Positions 1-10,674 of a stretch of DNA of 64,000 bases are shown piece by piece. The notes beneath the pieces were generated by a model. That model was not told the origin of the DNA. It did no database searches and saw only the letters and a list, made by a program, of their open reading frames with translations. The position numbers and the translations under genes were made by a program. Each line of letters opens with the position of its first letter. Position 1 is the first letter of the stretch. Source of the stretch: an uncultured Clostridia bacterium (GTDB taxonomy: Bacteria > Bacillota > Clostridia > Lachnospirales > CAG-274); the NCBI GenBank assembly GCA_947585865.1, contig CANPXH010000008.1, positions 11,884 to 75,883 on the forward strand, in the 5' to 3' direction.

Positions 1-51
1 AACGGATAAGAGGATCAATTAAATTTTTAAATAAAAAAGGAGACGATAACA

Positions 52-882
52 ATGAAAAAATTTTTAACGATCTTAGGTACAGCAGTGCTTTCAGCAGTGC
101 TTCTTGCAGGCTGCGGCGGCAGCGGAGACAGTGCCGACAGCGGAAAGGGTGACGCCGCCGTTATTACCGTAGGCGCATCTCCCGCACCTCATGCAGAGAT
201 ATTGGAGGCTGTCAAGCCTATACTTGCGGAAAAGAATATAGATCTTCAGATCAAGGAATTCAATGACTATATTCTTCCCAATACGGCAACGGAGTGCGGC
301 GAGATAGACGCCAATTATTTCCAGCACGGTCCGTATCTTGAGGACTTCAACAATGAAAACGGTACACACCTTGTGTCCGTAGCAGCTATACACTATGAGC
401 CCTTTGGCTTATATGCAGGTAAGGTCGCAGCTCTCGATGAGCTCGGCGACGGCGCAACTATAGCTGTTCCCAATGACGGTACTAATGAAGCAAGAGCGCT
501 TATGCTCCTTGAGGCACAGGGTCTTATCACTCTTAAGGAGGATGCAGGCTTTACTGCTACGAAGCTTGATATAGTTGACAATCCCAAGAACATAAATATA
601 CAGGAAATGGAAGCTGCTCAGATAGCAAGAGCATTGGCTGACGTGGATATGGCAGTCATAAACGGCAACTATGCAATAGAAGCAGGCTTAAAGGTAAGCG
701 ACGCCGTTGCGGTAGAGGACAAGGATTCCGAGGCTGCACAGACATATGCAAACGTGCTTGTCGTAAAGGAAGGCAATGAGAACAACGAGGCTGTTCAGGC
801 TCTTGCAGAAGCTTTGCAAAGCGATGAGATAAAGAAATTTATGGAAGATAAATATGCGGGAGCGGTAGTTCCTATTTTCTGA
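52..882 (+). CDS. metQ: MetQ/NlpA-family lipoprotein, methionine ABC transporter substrate-binding protein
   Basis: 276-aa ORF with a signal peptide and lipobox (LLAGC). NlpA/MetQ-like body (GASPAPHAEILE, NYFQH, VINGNYA). AGGAGA RBS upstream. Confidence 0.88.
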   Translation: MKKFLTILGTAVLSAVLLAGCGGSGDSADSGKGDAAVITVGASPAPHAEILEAVKPILAEKNIDLQIKEFNDYILPNTATECGEIDANYFQHGPYLEDFNNENGTHLVSVAAIHYEPFGLYAGKVAALDELGDGATIAVPNDGTNEARALMLLEAQGLITLKEDAGFTATKLDIVDNPKNINIQEMEAAQIARALADVDMAVINGNYAIEAGLKVSDAVAVEDKDSEAAQTYANVLVVKEGNENNEAVQALAEALQSDEIKKFMEDKYAGAVVPIF

Positions 883-942
883 TAAGACACTGTAAATATT
901 TTATAAACGGCTTATGAGCCGACATATATATTATGTAAAAGA

Positions 943-976
943 CAGCGGTATACAAATCAAATGCCGCTGCTTTTTT
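943..976 (+). terminator. Intrinsic terminator after metQ
   Basis: Stem CAGCGG/CCGCTG followed by TTTTTT. Confidence 0.6.
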
Positions 977-1062
977 ATGTATGACAATTGCAAAAAAAGG
1001 ATTTTAAAGCAAGTGTTTTTATGATATACTTTATATATATGATAGGCTTCGGGGGTGAAAAT

Positions 1063-1977
1063 GTGAAATATCTGATAATAGGCGGAGGAGGCACGGGAGG
1101 GCCTCTTGCCGCATATATGAAAAGGGCGGGAAAGGATATCACCCTTATCGCAAGGGGAGAGCATCTGAATAAAATAAAAGAAAGAGGACTTGTTATCGAA
1201 AACGAACAGGGCAATAAATACAGCGTGGCTGTAAAGGCCTGTACCATGGAGGAATACGATGACAGGCCGAACGTCATATTTGTCTGCGTAAAAAGCTACT
1301 CTCTCGGCTCTGTGATCGATTTTATAAAAAGAACCGCAGGCACAGACACTACAATAATACCCTTGCTGAATATTTTTACCACAGGGCAAAGACTGCAAAG
1401 GGAGCTTCCCCTTTGCACGGTGACAGACGGATGTATATACATTTCCGCCAACATAAGCGGCTGCGGCAATATCAAAATGCACGGCGATATATTCAGGATC
1501 GTGTTTGGGGCAAGGAACGAGGAGGAATACAGGCCTGTTTTTGAGGATATCAAAAAGGATCTTTCGGACAGCGGCATAGATTGTACGCTCTCCCACAATA
1601 TACAAAGAGACGCCCTAAAGAAATTTTCATATGTTTCGGCCATGGCAGCCTGCGGGCTTTACTATGACGCCAAGGCCGACAGTATGCAAAAGGAAGGCAA
1701 AGAAAGGCGGCTTTTTTCAGAGCTCATAGGGGAAATAACGGCTCTTGCGGAGGCTATGGGCTTTCCCTTTGACGAGGATATGATAAAGACGAATATCGAT
1801 ATATTGGATGATCTTTCGCCTACTGCTTCTACATCCATGCAAAGAGATATACAAAAGGGGAGCAGATCGGAAATAGACGGACTTATATACGAAGTCGTGA
1901 GACTTGGAAAAAAATACAACGTTGATATGCCAAAATACACAATGGTGAGCAAAAAATTTTACGATAAATACAAATAG
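1063..1977 (+). CDS. panE: 2-dehydropantoate 2-reductase (ketopantoate reductase, PanE/ApbA family)
   Basis: The Rossmann motif VKYLIIGGGGTGG sits at the N-terminus when the GTG at 1063 is used. A GGGGG RBS lies 7 nt upstream. The C-terminal ApbA-like domain contains STSMQRDI. The track ORF start at 988 looks like an over-extension. Confidence 0.75.
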   Translation: MKYLIIGGGGTGGPLAAYMKRAGKDITLIARGEHLNKIKERGLVIENEQGNKYSVAVKACTMEEYDDRPNVIFVCVKSYSLGSVIDFIKRTAGTDTTIIPLLNIFTTGQRLQRELPLCTVTDGCIYISANISGCGNIKMHGDIFRIVFGARNEEEYRPVFEDIKKDLSDSGIDCTLSHNIQRDALKKFSYVSAMAACGLYYDAKADSMQKEGKERRLFSELIGEITALAEAMGFPFDEDMIKTNIDILDDLSPTASTSMQRDIQKGSRSEIDGLIYEVVRLGKKYNVDMPKYTMVSKKFYDKYK

Positions 1978-1991
1978 AAAGGAGAACAGAT

Positions 1992-4382
1992 ATGAAGAGA
2001 TCATTTAAAAGATCGGCGGCAATAATGCTTATGATCGCAATGGCAGCAGGTTCGGTAAATGTAATGGCAGAGGATACATCAAGGCTGCCTGCCTTTCCCG
2101 GAGCAGAAGGCGGCGGCAAGTATACCACAGGCGGAAGAGGAGGAGAGGTCTATATAGTAAACACTCTTGAAGACTATGACCCCAATACCGAAAAGCCCAT
2201 AAAGGGTTCATTCAGGGATGCAGTAAGCGGAGACAACAGAATAATAGTGTTTGATGTATCGGGAGTTATAGATTTGAAAACCTCTCTTCTCATCACCGAC
2301 AGGAAAAATCTGACCATAGCAGGACAGACCGCTCCGGGAGACGGTATTACAATACACGGCTTTGAGACAAATGTGAGCCGTTCTCAAAATGTTATTATGA
2401 GATATCTGCGTTTCAGACCGGGCTCAGACAATGTGCATAAGGGCGATTCTATGGACGCCATATGGGGCAGGAGCATGAAGGATATGATAGTGGATCACTT
2501 ATCTACATCCTGGTCTACCGATGAGACTATGTCGCTTTACAGAGCGGAGAATTTTACAGCACAATGGTGCATTATATCAGAGAGCCTTGCCATGAGCGGG
2601 CATACAAAGGGCAGACACGGCTACGGCGCTATATGGGGCGGCACAAATGCTACATATCACCACAACCTTATTGCCCACCACACTTCAAGAAATCCACGCT
2701 TTGGCGGCGGTACGGTCGAAGCGGATGACAACGATCACATCGCCTGCTTCGATGTGAGAAACAATGTGCTCTATGACTGGGGCTTCAATTGTGCCTACGG
2801 CGGCGGAAGAGCCGATCTCAACTATGTATTCAACTATGTTGCGGCAGGACCCGGCACAAGAGACAGCGTAAGGAACAGGCTTATAGACTGCGGAGAAAAG
2901 AATAAGCCGGGCCGTTTCTATGTAAACGGAAATTATATGGAAGGCAACGAAGAGGTGAGCAAGGACAACAGCAAGGGAATATATATTTCCGAGGATTCTG
3001 CGCCTTTTACGGCTATAGTGGACAAGGAATTTGAAATGGAGGGCACAAGACCCGAAAACCTTCATACGGACACTCCGCAGGAAGCTTATGACAAGGTGCT
3101 TGCAAGGGCGGGAGCGACTTATCCCAAGAGAGATGCCATCGACGCAAGGATAGTATATGAGGTGGAAAACAAAACGGGCCGCTTTGCCAATGTGCATGAG
3201 GAAGTAGGCGGACTCCCGTATACGGAAGCTGTTTACAGAGAAGCCGATATTGACAAGGATCATGACGGCATAGAGGATAAATGGGAGCTTGAAAACGGAC
3301 TGGATCCCGCCGACAGTAAGGACAGTGCGCTCATAGCGCAAAACGGCTATGCCAATATAGAAAATTATTTCAATTCCCTTGTGGATATGGACTATGCTCC
3401 CCACAATCCCGATATAAGGATATCATCGCCTTTAAACAATGCCGTATTCAACAAGGGCGAGGATGTGGAGATATCTGTTGAGTGCAGTATATCCGATATA
3501 GAAAAGCTGGAGCTTTACAAGGGCGATGAGATACTTGATACGGCATATATCACTTCTGAGATGAGCAATGCGCCCACGTTTAAAATAAACGGACTTGAAG
3601 ACGGTACTTATTATATTTCCGTAAAGGCTACGGGCAAAAACGGATCACAGACCCAGTCCACGGCTATAGCATTGCATATAAACGAAAAAACAGATACGGG
3701 CATATGGAACTCTGCAGACATAGGCAATCCGAATATAAAAGGCAATGTATCCGTATTCGGCGATACAGTGAGAGTAAAGGGTGCGGGCAAGCTTAAGGAC
3801 AACAGCGATACGGCACACCTTGCATATGTCAAGATGAGCGGAAACACGGAAATAGTTGCAAAGGTAGATGATATGACGGCGGTGGACAATCATGCCTTTG
3901 CGGGAGTTATGATAAGGGAAAGCCTTTCTCCAGATGCAAAGACCGTTGCGGCAGGCCTTTCCCATACGAAGCCTTATGAGTGGAAGGAGACCGACCCCAA
4001 TACAGGCAAGAGCACTACATATTACAGAAATGCCTTCAGCGCCTATATGTGCGGCAGAAGGACAACAGGCGGAAGCTTCGATATGCTCAGCGAAAATCTT
4101 GATTCTCCCGAAGCTGCGGCAAAGTCGGGAGTACAGCTTAAAAACGACATACCATTTAAAAACTACGGTGAATTTTTAGGCTATTACTTTAAGCTTACAC
4201 GAATAAACAACAGATTTGTTTCATATATATCACCTGACGGCATAAGCTGGACAAAGCTTGGAGAAATGAAGCTGGATATGCCTAAGGATGTTTATGTTGG
4301 TCTGGCTGTTGACGGCAATAAGGTGGATAATAACATCGATAATTTGAATACGGTAGATTTTTCACACGTAAGGATAAGCTAG
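1992..4382 (+). CDS. Secreted pectate lyase (PL1-like catalytic domain) with C-terminal Ca-binding, Ig-like and lectin-like modules
   Basis: Signal peptide present. The AFPGAEGGGKYTTGGRGG, DAIW, HHT and RNPRFGG motifs are typical of PL1 pectate lyases. A thrombospondin-type DKDHDGIEDKWE motif is also present. Confidence 0.8.
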   Translation: MKRSFKRSAAIMLMIAMAAGSVNVMAEDTSRLPAFPGAEGGGKYTTGGRGGEVYIVNTLEDYDPNTEKPIKGSFRDAVSGDNRIIVFDVSGVIDLKTSLLITDRKNLTIAGQTAPGDGITIHGFETNVSRSQNVIMRYLRFRPGSDNVHKGDSMDAIWGRSMKDMIVDHLSTSWSTDETMSLYRAENFTAQWCIISESLAMSGHTKGRHGYGAIWGGTNATYHHNLIAHHTSRNPRFGGGTVEADDNDHIACFDVRNNVLYDWGFNCAYGGGRADLNYVFNYVAAGPGTRDSVRNRLIDCGEKNKPGRFYVNGNYMEGNEEVSKDNSKGIYISEDSAPFTAIVDKEFEMEGTRPENLHTDTPQEAYDKVLARAGATYPKRDAIDARIVYEVENKTGRFANVHEEVGGLPYTEAVYREADIDKDHDGIEDKWELENGLDPADSKDSALIAQNGYANIENYFNSLVDMDYAPHNPDIRISSPLNNAVFNKGEDVEISVECSISDIEKLELYKGDEILDTAYITSEMSNAPTFKINGLEDGTYYISVKATGKNGSQTQSTAIALHINEKTDTGIWNSADIGNPNIKGNVSVFGDTVRVKGAGKLKDNSDTAHLAYVKMSGNTEIVAKVDDMTAVDNHAFAGVMIRESLSPDAKTVAAGLSHTKPYEWKETDPNTGKSTTYYRNAFSAYMCGRRTTGGSFDMLSENLDSPEAAAKSGVQLKNDIPFKNYGEFLGYYFKLTRINNRFVSYISPDGISWTKLGEMKLDMPKDVYVGLAVDGNKVDNNIDNLNTVDFSHVRIS

Positions 4383-4393
4383 GAGGAACACTT

Positions 4394-5917
4394 ATGAAAT
4401 ATTTAATAGGGATAGATATAGGTACCTCTGCCACAAAGACCGTATTATTTGATGAAAAGTGCAATGTTATGGCTTCCGCTTCCAAGGAATATCCTCTTTT
4501 CCAGCCGCATAACGGATGGGCGGAGCAGGAGCCCGAGGATTGGTATGATGCGGTCATAACAACGCTTGGCCAAGTTGTTTCCAAAAGCGGCGTGAGCAGC
4601 GAGGACATTGCGGGAATAGGCCTTTCGGGGCAGATGCACGGCCTTGTTATGCTGGATGAGGATAATGCTGTTATACGGCCGGCTATAATATGGTGCGATC
4701 AAAGAACAGCTAAGGAATGCGAAGAGATAACCAAGCGTGTGGGAGCGGAAAGGCTCATTGAAATATCCGCCAATCCTGCGCTTACGGGATTTACCGCCTC
4801 CAAGATATTGTGGGTACGCAGCAACGAGCCGGAAAATTACAAAAGATGCAGGCATATCCTTTTGCCCAAGGATTACATACGCTTTAAGCTCACGGGAGAA
4901 TATGCAACGGATGTTTCGGATGCAAGCGGTATGCAGCTTTTGGATGTGCCGAAGCGCTGCTGGTCAGATGAGATACTGAATAAGCTGGATATAGACAGAT
5001 CTATGCTGGGAAGGGTATACGAATCCCCCGAAGTGACGGGATATATCACAAAGGAGACAGCCAAGCTTACAGGCTTGTCCTGCAAGACCGCCGTTGTAGC
5101 GGGAGCGGGAGACAACGCTGCCGCCGCTATAGGCACCGGGATCGTAAAAGACGGAAAGGCATTTACGACAATAGGCACATCCGGCGTAGTATATGCCCAC
5201 ACTTCAACGCCTTCCATAGACAAGAAGGGCAGGGTGCATACATTCTGCTGTGCTGTTCCCGGCTGCTGGCATATTATGGGCGTAACGCAGGCGGCAGGCC
5301 TTTCGCTTAAATGGTTCAAGGACAACTTCTGTCAAGACTATGCTGCAGAGGCAAAAGAGCAAAGCCGTGATGTATATGACATAATAAACGAGAAAATAGA
5401 AAATGTGCCCTTGGGCAGCAACAGGCTTATATATTTGCCTTATCTTATGGGAGAAAGAACGCCCCACCTTGACTCGGAATGCAGAGGTGTGTTCTTCGGC
5501 CTTTCGGGGATACATACCAAGCCCGATCTTTTAAGAGCCGTTATGGAGGGCGTATCGTTTTCTCTCACCGACTGTAAAGAAATACTTGAGGAAACAGGTG
5601 CAAATATAAATGAAATGATGGTATGCGGAGGCGGCGGCAAAAGCCGTGTATGGCGCAGTATGCTGGCGGATATGTATAATTGCGGCGTAAAGACCATAGT
5701 ATCTGAGGAAGGCCCCGCATTGGGCGTCGCCATATTGGCGGGAGTAGGCACAGGTGTATTTGAAAGCGTTGAGGCTGCCTGTGAGAAATTCATACAGGAA
5801 AAAGAAGCGTCTGTTCCCAATATTGAAAATCATAAAAAGTATCGTAATATCCATAAGCTTTATCAAAAGCTCTATACTTCCCTTAAGGATGATTTTAAAA
5901 CACTGGGTTCGCTTTGA
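4394..5917 (+). CDS. xylB: Xylulokinase (FGGY carbohydrate kinase)
   Basis: 507-aa ORF with the IGIDIGTSATK N-terminus, GQMHGLV and GGGAKS-like (GGGGKS) motifs. GGAGGA RBS. Confidence 0.85.
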   Translation: MKYLIGIDIGTSATKTVLFDEKCNVMASASKEYPLFQPHNGWAEQEPEDWYDAVITTLGQVVSKSGVSSEDIAGIGLSGQMHGLVMLDEDNAVIRPAIIWCDQRTAKECEEITKRVGAERLIEISANPALTGFTASKILWVRSNEPENYKRCRHILLPKDYIRFKLTGEYATDVSDASGMQLLDVPKRCWSDEILNKLDIDRSMLGRVYESPEVTGYITKETAKLTGLSCKTAVVAGAGDNAAAAIGTGIVKDGKAFTTIGTSGVVYAHTSTPSIDKKGRVHTFCCAVPGCWHIMGVTQAAGLSLKWFKDNFCQDYAAEAKEQSRDVYDIINEKIENVPLGSNRLIYLPYLMGERTPHLDSECRGVFFGLSGIHTKPDLLRAVMEGVSFSLTDCKEILEETGANINEMMVCGGGGKSRVWRSMLADMYNCGVKTIVSEEGPALGVAILAGVGTGVFESVEAACEKFIQEKEASVPNIENHKKYRNIHKLYQKLYTSLKDDFKTLGSL

Positions 5918-6010
5918 CGGTCAAGCATTGGATAAATGCGGCGCAATGCCCTTAAAATAAATGTATATAGGCAGCTTTTTCATAAATAAACGGCAAGTTT
6001 TTGACATATT

Positions 6011-6048
6011 AAAAAGGTGATATCGCATTTGCGATATCACCTTTTTTT
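6011..6048. terminator. Bidirectional intrinsic terminator between the convergent xylB and dockerin-lyase genes
   Basis: 13-bp perfect stem AGGTGATATCGCA/TGCGATATCACCT flanked by an A-run and a T-run. Confidence 0.8.
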
Positions 6049-6078
6049 GATCAAGCCATATGTCAGGCTCGATAAAAG

Positions 6079-9000
6079 TTATTTATTTGCTGCCTTTTTT
6101 TGGATAGGCATTTCATAAGAGCTGTCCAGCATCTTCTGGAGAAGAACGGCAACATCTGTGGTATCGAGTTTACCGTCTGCACTTACATCCAGCTTATCAA
6201 GAACAGAGCTTACATTGCTCGGTGTGATAACGCCGCCGTTTACCTGCTTGATAATACCCTTTAAGGCATATCCGAGAAGATCGACAACATCGTTGATCTC
6301 AACCTGACCGTTTGCATCTGCATCGCCGTACATATCAGGCTTTACAGGAGGAAGAGTAGTCTCTTCTGAAGACGGTTCGGTATTGGTAGTTGCTTGTGAG
6401 CTTGTATCCTTGGTAGTCTCTTCTGAAGACGGTTCGGTATTGGTAGTTCCTTCTGAAGACGGTTCTTCAACAGTCTTGCCTGAAGTATAGCCTAAGTAAT
6501 AGATACAAGTCTTTGAGCCGTTTGCAAAGATGTAATAGCTCTTGCCCTGCTTTACATTTATTCTTACTATATCATAAGAGGTTGAGCCGTTTGTCTGATC
6601 CTTAGAGTAGACAACAGTACCTGCTTCGTCTGTAATATATGTAGCCTTGCCTGTATTTGTCTTTATAGCAGCTGTAAGAGCACCGTCTGCTTTAGGAGTG
6701 AACTTCAGATAACCGCCTGATACGGGGATACCCGTAGGATCGCCGTTGCCTGTGTTCTCAGACATAGGTCCTTGGCCTCTTGAATCGGTAGGATTATTCT
6801 TAGGCTGTACCCAATCCCATAATTCATAAGTCTTATCGCCCTCTGTAAATTCAGCGGCTGCGTCTTCTTCTGAATTAGCAAGGAATGCCTCGCCTAATTC
6901 TATCATACCGTAGTCATCCTTAACAAGGTCAGTATCAACAGCCCACATATACTCGTCGTTAAGTCCTTCCGTTACAGGAGGAGCGGGAGGAGTATCCTCT
7001 ACGATACCGATATATGGATTGGAAACAGTTATGTCTCTGTCCGTATCCTTTGAAGCTGTAATAGAAGCAAAGCCGCCTACCTCTTTTGTGGTAATAGGCA
7101 CAGCGCTTGTATATGTATTGCCGTCTACAGTAAGAGTAACGCTTGCATTGTCAAGGTCGATAATAAATTCATACTCATATGTCTTATTTGCGACCAATGC
7201 ATCCGTTGATACGGAATATCCGTTATCCTTATCGCCGTTTACTCTAAGAGTAAGGTTCTTGTTGCCATCGCTCGCAAGAGCCGCTATCTCGGGATATGTT
7301 CCGTCGGCGCCTGCAGGACCTGTAACACTTACAAGAGCCCATGAACCACTCTTCTTAGTAGGAGTAGCGGTACCTCTTACAACTACCTTGCCGCTCTTTA
7401 TTGTTTCCTTAAGAGGAATGTTGAGCTTAGCAGAATTACTGCCGTCTGTATCATGAAGCTTATATGAATCTGTAGCCGCATCATATGTTACTGATATTGA
7501 ACCGCCATTGCTGTTGTCCTGAGCATCGCCCTTGTCAACGGGAGTTGACTGAACGGGAGCTGAAGTAGTGGCTTCTGTAGATTCATCGGGAGCAGCAGTT
7601 GTTCCCTCACCGGGAGTAGGAGGAACAAATGAACCGCCGCCGCCTGCTATAAACTTCATGTAATAAAGGTATGTGCTTGAAGAACCCTTCTTTACCTCAA
7701 CAGGACCTGCTTTGATAGGAATGGTATTGGCACCGTCCTTTATATCATATCTCTGACCGTTTACAAGTACATATCTGCCGCTTCCGCCATACATGATCAT
7801 TATGAGATCGCCGTCTGAAGGAGCTGTAAATGTAATGCTTGTAGAACTTTCCATCTTTACAGCCTTGGTAAGAGATTCGCCATCGGGACTTGTCTGTACG
7901 TGGCTGTCTGCGGAATTCCAGTTGTTAGCTGATACATCATAGAAATCAGCTGTATTTTCGCCTGTAGTATAATTCCATACGTATTCGTCTCCGCCTTCCT
8001 TTACTGTAATGACAGCCTTAGCGGGAACTCCTGTAGATGCAATTATCTGAGCAGGCTCAATGTTTGCTACCTGCCAGCCGGGAACGCTTGCGGTCACTGC
8101 AAGAGATGTTCCTACATCTACTTTGCCTGTGAATGTATTATTTCCGGCATAGTCAAGTTTCTTTGTGCCTACATATACCATTGCGGCTGTAGCATCAAGA
8201 GTAGCTGTAGAGTCTTTATCTGCCTCTATGGTAACGGTAACATCACCCTGAGCCTTGTCAAGATGTATCTCTGTAGCTGCATTTGTAGTCTTGATAGCTA
8301 TTTTCTGAGGAGCTGCAGGTTCAATATAATTGCCTACGCCTGTAATTGTAACAGTTCTCTCTCCTACCGGATACTGAACGGCTGACTTATAAATGCCTTC
8401 GCCCTGAGCTGAAAGTTTGTCGCCGTTGTCAAGTGTAACTGTTGCGCCGTTTATAGGAGCATTGTCGCTGCCTCCTGTAAGCTTTACTACAGCATAACCG
8501 TCTGTATCGGGCTTAAGTGTTGCAGTTTCTTCAAATACTCCGCCGTCTGTTTCAATAGGCTTTGTTGATATAACAACATTCTCGTAGCCTTCCTTTGAAA
8601 CAGTTACGCCATATTCTGAATAAAGTGAACAAGTTGCTTCATATACTCCGCTGCCCATATTTGAGAAGCTGAGGCCGCTTGCTGTAACGGAAGCGTCTGT
8701 TACAGGCGCACCCTTGTCATCCTTTACCGTTATCCTAACGGTACCTGACTCAACCTGTGGGAACTCATGCAAAGTACCTGCATAAGTCTGTACCTCTGTA
8801 GGAACATCCTCAGGTTTGTCTAACTTATCAACTATTGTGTTGCCTGATGCATCACAGTAGAAATACTTAGGATTGGTATCCCAGTTAGCTATTGAAACAC
8901 CGTCCGGGAAATAAAGTCCGTTATCAGGCAGACATTTTTCGCCTCTTGAATTAGCAACTGAAAGAGTACCTACCGTTTTTCCTAATGTACAGTCTGCCTG

Positions 9001-10422
9001 CTTGCCGCCTACTGTTATTGAAGCAAGCTTATCGTTCCATGCCTTAAGGTTTGATGTATTCTTTCTTAAGTTGTAGTAATTCTTACAAGCCTGGAAATAA
9101 TTGTTCTCGGAGAAGCCTGCCGCATGACCTCTAAGGTCTATAACAGTGCTTGTGTCGTGCTTATCCTTACCTGCTGACATTTTATCCTGGAAGAAGGTAT
9201 TGTAAATATGCACATTTCCGCCTGCTGCAAGAGGCTGTCTTGAAGCAACGCTCTCATACCAGTTGTGATGAAGAGTCATAAAGAACTGGTCGTCTGAGTC
9301 GCCTGCGCCAAGAAGATTGGTCTTATGGCACTGTATATAGTGGTTGTAGCTCATAGTGTAGTACTGACCTCTCTTGAAGTCGCATGAGCCGTCGCCCTCG
9401 CTCTTGTCACTGTCAGTTGTTGGGCTTGCATGACCGGGATAGAATACGTTGTTATGTACCCATACTCTTCTTATTGGAGTCTTGATGGCATCGTCACCCT
9501 GGAAGCCTAAAGCGTCTTCCGTATAGTTTCTGAATGTAAGGTTTCTTACCTCAAAGCTCTCGCCTGCCTGAGTAGGACAAGTGCCTGTCTGTGAGAAAGT
9601 AAAGCCCCAGCCGTCTACCTCGGCATCATCACCGATACCTTCTATTGTAACATTTCTTGCATACTTTGTAATGGCAAGATTACCGTTGTCGCCCTTTGAA
9701 CCGCCGAGGATAGGATCCTTTGCATCATAAGGAGTAAGATTATCGGGAACGGTTACCTTACCTATAAGTCTTATAACAAGGGGATGATTATCCGTGATGG
9801 TAACTTCCTGAACAAGCTTCATATTGTTGTTGAGGATATTGCCTATACCTACGCCGTTTCTTGTGTAGGGAGAGCCTGAGGATGGCTTATAGTCCCATAT
9901 TTTTCCCTCATAGCCGGGTACCTCAACAGTGTTCTTATTTTCTTCCGTTACATAAACTACTTTTGCATTGTCCTTAAGAGTACCGTCGTTATTGTATGCG
10001 CCGACACCCTGATATGTCTTTGGACCTGCCGTAGTCCAATGAGCATAGCCTGAACGATCATGAGCAAGGACCTTTATGCCCTTTCTTTCATGAACTGCGC
10101 CGTCTGATGCGGTTATCTTGATATCATAGGTACCTGCTTTAAGTCCGGGGATATCCACACGTCCGTAACCGCTTGCAGAAGCCTTTCTTATAAGGAACTC
10201 TGCATCATTGCCTTCAAGTGCAGTATAAGCTGAATCTGAGCTAAGCTTATACTCAACTGTTGCAGCGTCGGGATTACTGTCCTTCCACTCTGCATAAATG
10301 GATTCATACCAGCCGCCTGATATGCTTGGCGCCGCTGATACCATTGTTGTGTCAACAGCTACAGAGCCCATTAATAATGAAGCCGCAAGTACCGTTGACA
10401 AAACCTTTTTGAAAAATTTCAT
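6079..10422 (-). CDS. Cellulosomal multidomain pectate lyase (PL1-like core, Ig/CBM-like modules, Thr/Ser/Glu linkers, C-terminal type-I dockerin)
   Basis: 1447-aa ORF with a signal peptide. The lyase core carries HHNWYESVASRQPLAAGGNVHIYNTFF. The C-terminus has duplicated Ca-binding dockerin segments (DADANGQVEINDVVDLL and DVSADGKLDTTDVAVLL). Confidence 0.85.
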   Translation of the reverse strand: MKFFKKVLSTVLAASLLMGSVAVDTTMVSAAPSISGGWYESIYAEWKDSNPDAATVEYKLSSDSAYTALEGNDAEFLIRKASASGYGRVDIPGLKAGTYDIKITASDGAVHERKGIKVLAHDRSGYAHWTTAGPKTYQGVGAYNNDGTLKDNAKVVYVTEENKNTVEVPGYEGKIWDYKPSSGSPYTRNGVGIGNILNNNMKLVQEVTITDNHPLVIRLIGKVTVPDNLTPYDAKDPILGGSKGDNGNLAITKYARNVTIEGIGDDAEVDGWGFTFSQTGTCPTQAGESFEVRNLTFRNYTEDALGFQGDDAIKTPIRRVWVHNNVFYPGHASPTTDSDKSEGDGSCDFKRGQYYTMSYNHYIQCHKTNLLGAGDSDDQFFMTLHHNWYESVASRQPLAAGGNVHIYNTFFQDKMSAGKDKHDTSTVIDLRGHAAGFSENNYFQACKNYYNLRKNTSNLKAWNDKLASITVGGKQADCTLGKTVGTLSVANSRGEKCLPDNGLYFPDGVSIANWDTNPKYFYCDASGNTIVDKLDKPEDVPTEVQTYAGTLHEFPQVESGTVRITVKDDKGAPVTDASVTASGLSFSNMGSGVYEATCSLYSEYGVTVSKEGYENVVISTKPIETDGGVFEETATLKPDTDGYAVVKLTGGSDNAPINGATVTLDNGDKLSAQGEGIYKSAVQYPVGERTVTITGVGNYIEPAAPQKIAIKTTNAATEIHLDKAQGDVTVTIEADKDSTATLDATAAMVYVGTKKLDYAGNNTFTGKVDVGTSLAVTASVPGWQVANIEPAQIIASTGVPAKAVITVKEGGDEYVWNYTTGENTADFYDVSANNWNSADSHVQTSPDGESLTKAVKMESSTSITFTAPSDGDLIMIMYGGSGRYVLVNGQRYDIKDGANTIPIKAGPVEVKKGSSSTYLYYMKFIAGGGGSFVPPTPGEGTTAAPDESTEATTSAPVQSTPVDKGDAQDNSNGGSISVTYDAATDSYKLHDTDGSNSAKLNIPLKETIKSGKVVVRGTATPTKKSGSWALVSVTGPAGADGTYPEIAALASDGNKNLTLRVNGDKDNGYSVSTDALVANKTYEYEFIIDLDNASVTLTVDGNTYTSAVPITTKEVGGFASITASKDTDRDITVSNPYIGIVEDTPPAPPVTEGLNDEYMWAVDTDLVKDDYGMIELGEAFLANSEEDAAAEFTEGDKTYELWDWVQPKNNPTDSRGQGPMSENTGNGDPTGIPVSGGYLKFTPKADGALTAAIKTNTGKATYITDEAGTVVYSKDQTNGSTSYDIVRINVKQGKSYYIFANGSKTCIYYLGYTSGKTVEEPSSEGTTNTEPSSEETTKDTSSQATTNTEPSSEETTLPPVKPDMYGDADANGQVEINDVVDLLGYALKGIIKQVNGGVITPSNVSSVLDKLDVSADGKLDTTDVAVLLQKMLDSSYEMPIQKKAANK
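6355..6466 (-). repeat. In-frame tandem repeat encoding the TNTEPSSEETT linker ahead of the dockerin
   Basis: GTCTCTTCTGAAGACGGTTCGGTATTGGTAGTT occurs twice (about 6358-6391 and 6415-6448). A partial third copy follows. Confidence 0.75.
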
Positions 10423-10674
10423 CGGTTATATTCCTCCTTGATCATTTTTTTGGAAAAGATCAAACTAACCCATCCTTTCCATTATAAATACAATAATACA
10501 CCTTTTATTTTTTTAAAACAATGTGCAAATAAAACAAATAATCAATGGGTATTTTGTATAAAAATACTTCAATTACATTAAATTTCTGTTACATTAAAAT
10601 TACTGCATAAACATTGAAAAAACAAAAAAAATAATGTATAATTATTTTATATTGAAAATCAAGGAGGGTAAATT

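Noticed and set aside
988-1062. N-terminal extensions of track ORFs (988, 16430, 24103, 29729, 36009, 40452, 41014, 45480, 47440, 49576, 50244, 57716, 58824, 58887, 62751, 63339).
   Set aside because: In each case an internal ATG/GTG has a proper AGGAGG-type RBS at 5-9 nt. It also restores the canonical family N-terminus or signal peptide. The upstream extension runs through promoters or terminators.
931-1605. Long antisense and alternative-frame ORFs from the track. Examples are 931-1605(-), 2685-3404(-), 20421-20861(-), 21914-22513(-), 24886-25524(+), 25789-26442(+), 30452-31102(-), 47725-48333(-), 50439-51509(-) and 60030-60611(-).
   Set aside because: All lie inside, and opposite to or out of frame with, strongly supported conserved genes. 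They have odd composition (Cys/His/Tyr- or Ser/Pro-rich) and lack an RBS. They are shadow ORFs.
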